Part shown: piece after piece, positions 22,448 through 30,569 of the stretch
Layout: every line of letters starts with the position of its first letter
Position numbering within the stretch: the first letter of the stretch is position 1
Notes under the pieces: generated by a model
The model's database searches: none
Seen by the model: the letters and a program-made list of their open reading frames with translations, nothing else
Told to the model about the DNA's origin: nothing
Translations under genes and position numbers: made by a program
Origin: Minisyncoccota bacterium
GTDB lineage: Bacteria; Patescibacteriota; Minisyncoccia; Phycocordibacterales; DATDWN01
DNA length: 59,163 nucleotides
Direction of reading: 5' to 3'
NCBI GenBank assembly: GCA_036517395.1
Contig: DATDWN010000001.1
Coordinates: 1-59,163 of the forward strand

Positions 22448-24427
22448 ATGGATTATTTAAACTCCTTAAATGAAGAGCAGAAAAAAGCTGTTTTGGCCAC
22501 GGACGGACCGGTTTTGATAGTGGCTGGAGCGGGTGCGGGAAAAACAAAAACTCTGACTCATAGGATTTTGCATCTTATTGTAAATGGGATTCCCGCCGAG
22601 AGGATTTTGGCTATCACTTTCACAAACAAAGCGGCAAAAGAAATGAGGGATAGGGTAATGGATCTCCTGAGGTCTGACCTTGGGGACCAAGATTCCAAAG
22701 GTCAGACCTTGGACTCGGGGAGAGTTCCATTCATCAGCACATTTCATGCCCTCGGAGTGCAGATTATTAAAGAAAACGCTACGCTACTGGGACTTCCAAG
22801 ACATTTTAATATATTTGACACAACAGATTCAAAAAAGGCCATGAAAGACGCTTTTGTTTCTCTTGGACTGGATCCAAAAGAAAATCTAGATAAAGTTAGA
22901 CACATAATATCCAAAGAAAAAGGAAGGGGGGTGAGCCTTTCGGATTATTTAGAGATAGGAGCATACGATTACACAAGCGAGTTGACCAAAAAAATCTGGA
23001 CAAAATACGAGGAGACTCTTCATCGAGAACACGCTCTGGACTTTGATGATTTGCTTTTGAGAACTTTGAAACTCCTGGAAAAATATCCTGAGGTTTTGGA
23101 AAAATATCAAAACCGCTTTCTATACATACATGTAGATGAATACCAAGACACAAACAAAGTTCAGAACACCATAGTGGAGATGCTGGCAAGAAAACACCGG
23201 AATCTCTGCGTAGTGGGCGATACGGATCAGAATATTTACGGCTGGAGAGGGGCGGAAATAAAAAATATGCTTCATTTTGAAAAAGTTTATCCTGAGGTAC
23301 AAACTTTTTTTCTGGAACAGAACTATCGCTCGACCAAAAACATACTGGCTGTAGCCAATGAAATAATAGAGAAAAACAATTTTCGCATTCCCAAAAAACT
23401 TTTCACCGAAAATGTTATGGGGGAGAAAATCGGAGTTTTCGAAGCGCGTAGCGAAGTGGATGAGGCCCATTTTATCGCCTTGAGATCAAAGGATTTAATA
23501 ATAAGCGGCATTTCGCCCGATGACATTGCAGTCCTATACAGAGCCAACTTCCAGTCACGAGTACTGGAAGATGCTTTTTTGGCATATGGTGTGCCATATC
23601 AAATGCTTGGCACAAAATTTTTCGAAAGGAAGGAAGTTAAAGATGTTATGGCCTATGTCAAAGCCTCCCTGAACACTGAAAACATTGGTGATTTTATGAG
23701 AGCTATAAGTGTTCCTCCCCGAGGAGTCGGTAAAACAACAATACAAAAAATAATTTCGGGTAAAGAAAGTGAATTGCCGGAAAGTATGCAGGCCAAAATA
23801 AACAATTTCAGAAAAATGCTTTCTGATTTCAGATCCGTACTAGCCGCACAGAAACCGAGCGAGGCTTTGAAGTACATTATAAAGGTAAGTGGTATGGAGA
23901 ATTTGTACAACACAGGACTGGAAGAGGACACGGAAAGACTGGAAAACATAATGGAGCTGGTCAGTCTTGCTACATCGTATGATTATGCCGTAGGCGAGGG
24001 CGGTAAGGCCGAAGGCTACGAAGGTATTGAAAAGTTTTTGACCGATACATCTCTTGTTTCGGATCAAGATTCTCTCGATGATAAAAAAAGTGGGGTTAAA
24101 CTGATGACGGTGCACTCGTCAAAAGGACTAGAGTTTGATTTTGTTTTTGTTTCCGGATTGGAAGCCGATCTTTTTCCACATCACAAAATGGGAATGGAGA
24201 AAAAATCGGGAGAAGACAGAGAGGAGGAGAGACGACTGTTTTATGTGGCTGTCACTCGAGCTGGCAAGAAACTTTTTTTGACACACGCCCAAACTAGGAC
24301 TATATTTGGCTCTATGGAGGTAAACTCACCTTCAGAGTTTTTGGACGACATACCGGATAGGTATACTGAGAAAGAATCGTACGCTGGTGGGGGAGATCGA
24401 GTATCATTATTTAAGATAGAATTTTAA
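22448..24427 (+). CDS. pcrA: UvrD/PcrA-type ATP-dependent DNA helicase
   Basis: LNEEQKKAV...VAGAGAGKTKTLTHRI (Walker A), DEYQDTN, VGDTDQNIYGWRGA, TVHSSKGLEFD, RRLFYVAVTRA. Confidence 0.9.
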   Translation: MDYLNSLNEEQKKAVLATDGPVLIVAGAGAGKTKTLTHRILHLIVNGIPAERILAITFTNKAAKEMRDRVMDLLRSDLGDQDSKGQTLDSGRVPFISTFHALGVQIIKENATLLGLPRHFNIFDTTDSKKAMKDAFVSLGLDPKENLDKVRHIISKEKGRGVSLSDYLEIGAYDYTSELTKKIWTKYEETLHREHALDFDDLLLRTLKLLEKYPEVLEKYQNRFLYIHVDEYQDTNKVQNTIVEMLARKHRNLCVVGDTDQNIYGWRGAEIKNMLHFEKVYPEVQTFFLEQNYRSTKNILAVANEIIEKNNFRIPKKLFTENVMGEKIGVFEARSEVDEAHFIALRSKDLIISGISPDDIAVLYRANFQSRVLEDAFLAYGVPYQMLGTKFFERKEVKDVMAYVKASLNTENIGDFMRAISVPPRGVGKTTIQKIISGKESELPESMQAKINNFRKMLSDFRSVLAAQKPSEALKYIIKVSGMENLYNTGLEEDTERLENIMELVSLATSYDYAVGEGGKAEGYEGIEKFLTDTSLVSDQDSLDDKKSGVKLMTVHSSKGLEFDFVFVSGLEADLFPHHKMGMEKKSGEDREEERRLFYVAVTRAGKKLFLTHAQTRTIFGSMEVNSPSEFLDDIPDRYTEKESYAGGGDRVSLFKIEF

Positions 24428-24435
24428 GGTTAAAT

Positions 24436-24562
24436 AATTTTCAATTATCAATTTACAATTTTCAAGCAATGACCAATGTTCCAATTTTGAAAATTAATTC
24501 ATTGAAAATTCAATGCCTGCCTGCGGTAGGCAGGAAAATTGAGAACTGAAAATTGAAAATTT
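24436..24562. repeat. Family A palindromic intergenic element (copy 2)
   Basis: Near-exact reverse complement of 22297..22424, including the CCTGCC-TGCGGT-AGGCAGG hairpin. Confidence 0.8.
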
Positions 24563-24564
24563 TT

Positions 24565-25407
24565 ATGTTAAATAAAAAGTCCCTAGGCCAACATTTTCTT
24601 CGCTCAAAAAATATAATTTCCGATATTGTTAACGCTGGAAAGGTTAAAAGCGGCGATGTGGTGCTGGAAATTGGTCCCGGTGAGGGAACCTTGACCGTGG
24701 CGCTCCTGCAAACCGGAGCGCATGTAATAGCTGTAGAAAAAGATGACAGATTAATTCCTGTTTTACAAGAAAAGTTTTCAAAAGAAATAAAATCTCGTTC
24801 TCTCACACTTATACATGATGACGTATTAAAATTTAACACTAGCACCCACAACCTAGAAACTAGAACCTATAAAATTATTGCAAATATTCCATACTATATA
24901 ACAGGACAAATAATAAGAATGTTTTTGGAATCAGAGAATCAACCAGAATCAATGACTTTGCTTGTGCAAAAAGAAGTGGCGGAAAGAATTGTGGCTAAAC
25001 CGAGTTTTTCAAACTCGGTCGCCCGATCCGCCAAAGGCGGATTTAGGGTCAAAGGTGGTAAGGAGAGTTTGCTTTCTCTTTCTGTAAAAGCATACGGCCA
25101 TCCAAAATATATTCGTACTGTTGGCCGTGGGGCGTTTTCGCCACAACCAAACGTGGACTCGGCTGTGCTCTGTATAGAAAACATTTCTAGATCAAATTTC
25201 AAAAAAATCAGTGAGGAAAAGTTTTTTGAAATCTTGCACGCTGGGTTTGCCCATAAACGCAAACAGCTTCTGCCAAACTTGTCAACCTCGCAGGTCGACA
25301 AGTCTTTACTTGTAGAGGCTTTTCGTAAATGCGAAATAGATTTGAAAGCTAGAGCCGAAGATGTCCCACTTAAAACATGGCTAAAACTCTGTAGTATAAT
25401 GTCTTGA
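24565..25407 (+). CDS. rsmA: 16S rRNA dimethyladenosine transferase
   Basis: SLGQHFL, LEIGPGEGTLT SAM motif, ANIPYYIT. Start at the ATG after the repeat. Contains an extra segment relative to the usual KsgA core (see findings). Confidence 0.85.
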   Translation: MLNKKSLGQHFLRSKNIISDIVNAGKVKSGDVVLEIGPGEGTLTVALLQTGAHVIAVEKDDRLIPVLQEKFSKEIKSRSLTLIHDDVLKFNTSTHNLETRTYKIIANIPYYITGQIIRMFLESENQPESMTLLVQKEVAERIVAKPSFSNSVARSAKGGFRVKGGKESLLSLSVKAYGHPKYIRTVGRGAFSPQPNVDSAVLCIENISRSNFKKISEEKFFEILHAGFAHKRKQLLPNLSTSQVDKSLLVEAFRKCEIDLKARAEDVPLKTWLKLCSIMS

Positions 25408-27053
25408 TGATCAAAAAGATCTTAGAGGAAATAGAGAATCAGAAAATGACTATAAGTCAGTGGGTGCTTGGTTTCAGTGGTATACTTTTTGTTCGTTTTC
25501 TGTTTGAATCTCTTTCAAGTCCCACGAGTACGGGCATTATTCCTTCGGATCCTTATACATTAGTTCATTACGGACTTTTTTTCCTTTCTATTATTTTGGT
25601 TACGGCGTGTATTATTGGATTTATAACCAAAAATTACGAGGCGGGTGTGAAAGTAATTCTTTTTGGTTTGCCCGTTATTTGGCTTGCTCCTATCATTGAT
25701 ATTTTATTGAGCAGAGGTCTGGGGTACAAAATGACTTATATTTTCGATACGCATGGCAAACTGCTTTTTGATTTTCTGACATTTTTTGGCTCCAACCTAA
25801 CACACGGAGCGACATACGGTATTCGAGTAGAAATAATTCTCATTCTTGCGGGTGTTGGTTGGTATTTATGGTTGAAAACAAAAAATATATCCAAGACTTT
25901 GCTTGGGGTAATAGCCACTTATGTTTTAGGATTTGTAATGGCAAGTTTACCTGGAATTTTGTATACATTTTCTCATTTTCATGCGGGGACTACGATAGAT
26001 GTTCTAAAGTTTTTTGAGAATACAGTCAACGGGTCAAACATATTTCACAATACGCTTCATGATGGAAACCTTTCGGTATCAGCATCCAGATTTTTTGAGT
26101 TGGGATTTGATAAATTGATGTCTCAAATACTTTTTATTATTTCTTTTTTCTTTGGAGCATTACTTCTTTGGAAAATCGATAGCAAAAAATTTAGAGCTGT
26201 AATCGGGAATATTCGTTTGGAGCGCATATCTTCGTATATTGTTCTACTTCTCTGTGGGGCAGGATTCGCTTATATAAACAGACTAAGTGGTGAGTTAATT
26301 TGGGCAGATTTACTGGGACTTTTGTGCCTCATAATTTCTTGGGTTTCCCTGTGGATGCAGGCCGTGCACACAAATGACGTAAGCGATGTAAAAATAGACG
26401 AAATATCAAACACAGATAGACCCCTAATAAAAAAAGAATTAAATGAAAATGATATGCGACAGACAGGTTTTCTCTGGCTTGCTATCGCTCTTCTGGGCTC
26501 GTGGTCCGCTGGATTTTATCCATTTTTTATGGCTCTAGTTTTCGTTGCAACTTCATATATATATTCATCTTACCCACTACGCCTCCGAAGATTTCCTATA
26601 ATTCCATCATTTCTAATAGGCGTAGCCTCTCTCGCCACCATATTAGCTGGATTCTTTTTTATTTCGGCTCACAAAGAAATCGGAAATTTTCCAATGCTCC
26701 TCGCTGTGGGAATAGTGATCATGGTCACTCTTGCTATAAACGTCAAAGATATGAGAGATATAGAGGGGGATAGAGCTGATGGAATACTGACTCTGCCTGT
26801 GCTTTTTGGCCAAAACGGGGCGAAAATAGTGGGGCTATGTTTGGCTCTAAGTTTTCTTCTTGTGCCGATTTTTCTATCTTTCTATGCTTTATATATCTTT
26901 TCCATACCAGCGGCGATTATCGGCTATAAGCTAGTTACAAAAAAACCATATACAGAAAAACCTCTTTTTATTTTACGTTTTGTTTTTTTGGCTTGTGTTG
27001 CATTTTCTTACCTCGGTGTGTATTGGTTAGCACATTTGTACGGTGTGATATAA
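25404..27053 (+). CDS. Polytopic membrane protein with C-terminal UbiA-family prenyltransferase domain
   Basis: NDVSDVKIDEISNTDRP (NDxxDxxxD) and DMRDIEGDRADGILTLP motifs. Many TM helices. Confidence 0.75.
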   Translation: MMIKKILEEIENQKMTISQWVLGFSGILFVRFLFESLSSPTSTGIIPSDPYTLVHYGLFFLSIILVTACIIGFITKNYEAGVKVILFGLPVIWLAPIIDILLSRGLGYKMTYIFDTHGKLLFDFLTFFGSNLTHGATYGIRVEIILILAGVGWYLWLKTKNISKTLLGVIATYVLGFVMASLPGILYTFSHFHAGTTIDVLKFFENTVNGSNIFHNTLHDGNLSVSASRFFELGFDKLMSQILFIISFFFGALLLWKIDSKKFRAVIGNIRLERISSYIVLLLCGAGFAYINRLSGELIWADLLGLLCLIISWVSLWMQAVHTNDVSDVKIDEISNTDRPLIKKELNENDMRQTGFLWLAIALLGSWSAGFYPFFMALVFVATSYIYSSYPLRLRRFPIIPSFLIGVASLATILAGFFFISAHKEIGNFPMLLAVGIVIMVTLAINVKDMRDIEGDRADGILTLPVLFGQNGAKIVGLCLALSFLLVPIFLSFYALYIFSIPAAIIGYKLVTKKPYTEKPLFILRFVFLACVAFSYLGVYWLAHLYGVI

Positions 27054-27056
27054 TTA

Positions 27057-27192
27057 ATCCGCACACCAACTCTGGCATAGTTGCATAGTGTTTTTATTAA
27101 ATACACTACTTGATACAAAATTATCGAGATCAATGTTTTATAGAAATTCTTAACATGCAACAAAAACACAATGCCAGAGTTGGTGTACGGAT
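27057..27192 (+). repeat. Family B hairpin element ending just before a start codon (copy 1)
   Basis: Terminal inverted repeats ATCCGCACACCAACTCTGGCAT... / ...ATGCCAGAGTTGGTGTACGGAT. ATG of 27195 is 2 nt downstream. Confidence 0.75.
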
Positions 27193-27194
27193 AA

Positions 27195-28028
27195 ATGCCA
27201 AGTAATAAAATTCTAACAATACTGATCATTTGTTTTGGAATCGTAGTGGCAATTTACCTATTTGAGAAAACCCCGAAACAAATTTCTCAAAACAATACAT
27301 CTCCCTCGCAAAATATAGATGTGGGAAGTGTAAATTCTATTGAAAACACCAGCAATGATGATTGGAAAAAAATACTGGTCTCGATTGGTCAGAGCAGTAC
27401 AACTGTTTTGACAAACCAAAACCCAGAAGTTTTCGACGGCACCACCATAACATCCCAAGTGGCAAAAGATTTTTTCTCTCAATATTTGCTCGCAAAGGGA
27501 GGTGGTGGAACCGTGACGGTAGATATGGCAAATAAAATCAGTGATAGCGTCCTATCAAATACGAACTACACCCAAATAAATGGACCGATTTACATAGCGG
27601 AAAACCTCCATATAAAACAAGAGGAAAATCTAGACATAATAAAAAGTTACAAAACAACTCTCAATCTAATCTTGAAAACTAGGTCAACCCAAGTTACAGA
27701 CAGCCCTGTAACGGCTATAAACAAAGCAACCAAGGCGGGCGGACAAGATGCTCTTCTGCGACTAGACTCTACTATTTCCATAGCCAAGGGCCTAGTTTCC
27801 GATCTTTTGCAGATGAACGTTCCAAAAAGCGCCGTTTCCGCACACCTCGCCCTTCTCAACGCCACAAGTGATGTTGTCTCTGACTTGGAAGCCATGCGAG
27901 TGGCATTTACGGACCCCATCAGGGGTCTTGCTGGTATAGGTCAATACAACAGCGACATGATCAAATTTCAAAACGCACTGATTGAAGTGAATAAATACTT
28001 GGCCCAGAAAACAGGCTCAAACATATAA
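27195..28028 (+). CDS. Membrane-anchored protein, first gene of the T4SS-like cluster
   Basis: 277-aa ORF, N-terminal TM ILTILIICFGIVVAIYLF. Confidence 0.7.
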   Translation: MPSNKILTILIICFGIVVAIYLFEKTPKQISQNNTSPSQNIDVGSVNSIENTSNDDWKKILVSIGQSSTTVLTNQNPEVFDGTTITSQVAKDFFSQYLLAKGGGGTVTVDMANKISDSVLSNTNYTQINGPIYIAENLHIKQEENLDIIKSYKTTLNLILKTRSTQVTDSPVTAINKATKAGGQDALLRLDSTISIAKGLVSDLLQMNVPKSAVSAHLALLNATSDVVSDLEAMRVAFTDPIRGLAGIGQYNSDMIKFQNALIEVNKYLAQKTGSNI

Positions 28029-28101
28029 AATATTTAGCCAATAGTTTTCAACAGAAACATTAGTATAACTAGGACTTGTTGATATATAATATTAGTATAT
28101 T

Positions 28102-30483
28102 ATGTCTTTTTTACACGGCTTCAAAAAATCAGCTGGAGTTGGGATGATTGCTCTCTCACTTCTCCTACTTTTCCCACAAAAAACTTATGCCCAATATGTT
28201 GACGTCTCAAACGCAGTAAAGGAATACGTGGCAGACACTATCGTCTTCACTATAATAAACACAGTACTAAGCAAACTGACCGCTTCCACGGTGAACTGGA
28301 TTAACTCTGGATTTGAAGGAAACCCTGGGTATGTGACAGACCCAAAGCAGTTCTTTCTAGATGTTGGTGATAGAGTAGCTTCGGATGTTCTTTCCAGTAC
28401 CGCGCTAAATAACCTCTGTAGTCCCTTCAAAGCTCAAGTCCGTCTGGCTCTGGTCAAAAATTATATAAACGATAATCAAAACTATGCCTGTACCCTGAGC
28501 AAGGTTAAAGACAATTATGATCAATTTACACAGGACTTTAGCAAGGGTGGATGGGAAGGTTGGTTTGAAGTCACTCAAAATAACCAGAACAACCCCTATG
28601 GTGCATACCTCGATGCTAAAAATCAGCTGTCAATACAAGTCGGAACGGAAAAAGAAACCAAACAAAAAGAGCTGGAGCAAGGGCAGGGATTTCTGTCTGT
28701 CGAGAAATGCAAAAGCAACGCCAAAAAATGGACTCAAGCCGAAATCGATGACGCCAGAAAAAGGGAAGCGGCGGGCAGTGTTAGATTTGGCGTGGGAGTC
28801 ATACCTGATTCCCCTGGGTGTTCAAGCTCTGAAAAAGAAACTGTTACTCCTGGATCTCTTGTCCAGAGCCAACTGACAAAAGTCTTTGGTGAGGGTGTTA
28901 GTAGACTGGGAGCGGCTGATGAGGTTGATGAAATTATTGGCGCACTGTTGAATCAGCTGATAAGCAAAACTTTGAGTAGCCTAAAAGGCGCAAGTGAAAA
29001 AACCGCAGGGAGTGGCAAATCATTTGCCGACCAGCTACGAGACGAAGCGGCAAGACCGATTTCAAACCCTAACCCAGTATCGACAAACCCAACAGTTAAC
29101 TGCACCACGGACGAAAACGGAGAGATGTCTTGTAGCACAAGAGAGACGCGACCTATACGGACATGCACCAGGAATATAGACGGGGAAACAACTTGCGTTG
29201 ATACACCAACAAATGGTGGCGGGGGCGGTGATCCCGGCGGCGGTCCGAGCGACGGCTATGTGACACCTCCGGAAATCGATTTTGGTGGCGGTAATCCAAC
29301 TTACGATCCGGGAGACTATGATTTTCCTTATGTTTATACTGGTTATGGTAATGACCAGCGTGATAGTGCTGACGTTTCAAATTCTTCTATATCCTTTACT
29401 CAAGAAAGCGGCAATCATGCTCAATTTGTCTCACAGCAGGTGCCGCAGTCTGTACCCTTGAGAAAACTCTTTAACGCCAAGATCACTTTTCTGAACACAG
29501 GCACAACTACTTGGAAGGCCGGTGATAAGTACGAACTCGGTTCTCAAAACCCACTAGGCACTCAATTTTGGCGCATCGGCCTAGTACGACTCAAAACCGA
29601 TGTCCTTCCGGGCCAGCAAGTCACTTTTGGTTTCCTAAATTATCCGCCAATGGATCCGGGCACCCATAACTTTCAATGGCAAATGGTGCAGGGTGACGTG
29701 GAGTGGTTCGGAGATAATACTCCCAATATCGCTATCCGCGCGGGTGATGCCGGAGCTACTGCGATCGTTTCGGTCCGTCCGCTCCTGGTCCATGCCGGTG
29801 AAACCCAAATCACTATCGTGGGCAGAAATTTGACTAACTCTGTTCAATTAACGGACGCAAGTGGCCAGGTTCATTCCGCTACTGGGTCAGTAAATTCAGA
29901 CAAAACAGAAACTACAGCATTGGTGCCAAGCAATATGCCAAAAGGCGTAACCACAGTCAAAGTCTCCGGGAATGGCGTATCCAACGGCAGACTGATTCAA
30001 ATCACAGACAAACCCCTACCCAACCGCGGACCTTCGGATTACGGCCAAACGCTTCGAAATGGAGATACTATCGGGGCAATGGCTGGATCCTGTCGAGACA
30101 TCACCTGGCTGGACAGAAACAGCACCGTGGCTTTGGTCAATGCCAAGCCGGGATGGACCTACCATGACTTGGCGGATGTAGTCTGGCAGGGCGTGCGAGA
30201 CGAAGAAGCGTTAACAACACAATATTATTGTATATTGGCAGGCTTAAACACAACTGTTTTCACCCCAGAGACTGCTGCGAAAGTTGCCCACAATTTAGCT
30301 TTTTATCCAACGTTAAAGGAATCTTTTATCAAAGCGATTGAGAACTACGAAGCCCTGGAAATAGACAGAAAGGGAATAAGTTGCATCCCTGACCTACGGC
30401 CTGCCGTATGCGCGCCTTATAGACAATTTGTCGGCCGCTATGCGAGTAGCACCCCAAGCGGAGGGACGGTAGGCGGAAATTAA
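28102..30483 (+). CDS. Large secreted protein with Ig-like/NBR1-like and IPT-like segments
   Basis: 793-aa ORF, signal peptide ending KTYA-QY. Region ...ITFLNTGTTTWKAGDKYELGSQNP...FQWQMV resembles NBR1-type Ig-like folds. Function unknown. Confidence 0.7.
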   Translation: MSFLHGFKKSAGVGMIALSLLLLFPQKTYAQYVDVSNAVKEYVADTIVFTIINTVLSKLTASTVNWINSGFEGNPGYVTDPKQFFLDVGDRVASDVLSSTALNNLCSPFKAQVRLALVKNYINDNQNYACTLSKVKDNYDQFTQDFSKGGWEGWFEVTQNNQNNPYGAYLDAKNQLSIQVGTEKETKQKELEQGQGFLSVEKCKSNAKKWTQAEIDDARKREAAGSVRFGVGVIPDSPGCSSSEKETVTPGSLVQSQLTKVFGEGVSRLGAADEVDEIIGALLNQLISKTLSSLKGASEKTAGSGKSFADQLRDEAARPISNPNPVSTNPTVNCTTDENGEMSCSTRETRPIRTCTRNIDGETTCVDTPTNGGGGGDPGGGPSDGYVTPPEIDFGGGNPTYDPGDYDFPYVYTGYGNDQRDSADVSNSSISFTQESGNHAQFVSQQVPQSVPLRKLFNAKITFLNTGTTTWKAGDKYELGSQNPLGTQFWRIGLVRLKTDVLPGQQVTFGFLNYPPMDPGTHNFQWQMVQGDVEWFGDNTPNIAIRAGDAGATAIVSVRPLLVHAGETQITIVGRNLTNSVQLTDASGQVHSATGSVNSDKTETTALVPSNMPKGVTTVKVSGNGVSNGRLIQITDKPLPNRGPSDYGQTLRNGDTIGAMAGSCRDITWLDRNSTVALVNAKPGWTYHDLADVVWQGVRDEEALTTQYYCILAGLNTTVFTPETAAKVAHNLAFYPTLKESFIKAIENYEALEIDRKGISCIPDLRPAVCAPYRQFVGRYASSTPSGGTVGGN

Positions 30484-30569
30484 AGTAAAATGAAAAAGTT
30501 TTTATTTGACATTTTATCCCGTTATAAGCCGCGACCGCTTGATGACTAAAGTCAAATAAGCAAAATGAG

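Noticed and set aside
28911-28935. CTGATGAG string inside the 28102..30483 CDS, and CGAAAC at about 19588, as further hammerheads
   Set aside because: Neither has the partner core element (GAAA or CUGAUGA respectively) at a compatible distance, nor flanking stems I, II and III.
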